The notes under the pieces are model-generated. The model did not search any database. It worked only from the letters and a program-made list of their open reading frames with translations, and was not told where the DNA came from. The position numbers and the translations under genes were made by a program. A stretch of DNA of 64,000 nt, taken from the NCBI RefSeq assembly GCF_041956535.1, contig NW_027192193.1:42172-106171 (forward strand), given 5' to 3'. Numbering within the stretch: the stretch's first letter is position 1; each line of letters begins with the position of its first letter. This document shows positions 63,742 through 64,000 of the stretch, piece after piece. The stretch comes from Calcarisporiella thermophila CBS 279.70 (taxonomy: Eukaryota > Fungi > Calcarisporiellomycota).

Positions 63742-64000
63742 TTAGTATGGTGTAGAGCAACATACTGTTACGGTGGTAGTAGGAGAATCTACGCATGTTT
63801 CTGTCACAGTAATTGTTTGGGTCATTGTAATTTCGGTTGGACAATCCGAAGGATAAGGTGGAGTTACTGTGACAATGGTGACCGGAGCGCCAGATGGAAC
63901 GTCAGTAGGGGTAACTAATGGAACGCCGGGAGTGGATGTTAGGGTGTAAGTCCTAGGATACGAAGTCTCCCGGGTGATGGTCACAATGGTGACGGGTGCG
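63742..64000 (-). CDS. 3' end of a Thr/Pro/Val-rich protein (possibly secreted or cell wall), runs off the window
   Basis: Open frame to the window end; repeated APVTIVT; Cys-containing T-rich tail. Confidence 0.5.
   Translation of the reverse strand, partial: APVTIVTITRETSYPRTYTLTSTPGVPLVTPTDVPSGAPVTIVTVTPPYPSDCPTEITMTQTITVTETCVDSPTTTVTVCCSTPY

Overview
Intron-rich eukaryotic DNA, most likely from an early-diverging fungus (inferred from velvet, GH125, gamma-SNAP, a CENP-E-type kinesin-7 and short GT-AG introns with CTAAC branch points). 1-13.5 kb is a mobile-element cluster around a tRNA-Glu(CTC) gene (5585-5656). It contains a PIF/Harbinger element (Myb/SANT gene plus DDE transposase) broken by an L1/Tx1-like RT fragment, three nested copies of a tRNA-headed poly(A) SINE with 16-bp TSDs, a solo LTR, a 737-nt assembly gap, and a ~5.1 kb R2/NeSL-superfamily non-LTR retrotransposon (zinc fingers, Myb-like region, RT, CCHC, PD-(D/E)xK endonuclease). 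That retrotransposon is bounded on both sides by the 3' end of the tRNA-Glu gene. The two best candidates for new biology are (1) an apparently tRNA-Glu T-arm-specific RLE retrotransposon and (2) a SINE that inserts head-to-head 65-68 bp upstream of Pol III promoters, including its own copies. 13.6-64 kb holds ordinary host genes: acid sphingomyelinase-like, CENP-E, F-box/R3H, a CC1-box coiled-coil protein, RPL10, CCDC124, PSP1, PEX1, gamma-SNAP, BMS1, GH125, M1 aminopeptidase, a K/H-rich membrane protein, OXR1 (missed by the ORF track), velvet, CDK1 and GPR89, plus two copies of a CACTA-like MITE. Gene coordinates are spans including introns, inferred by eye.
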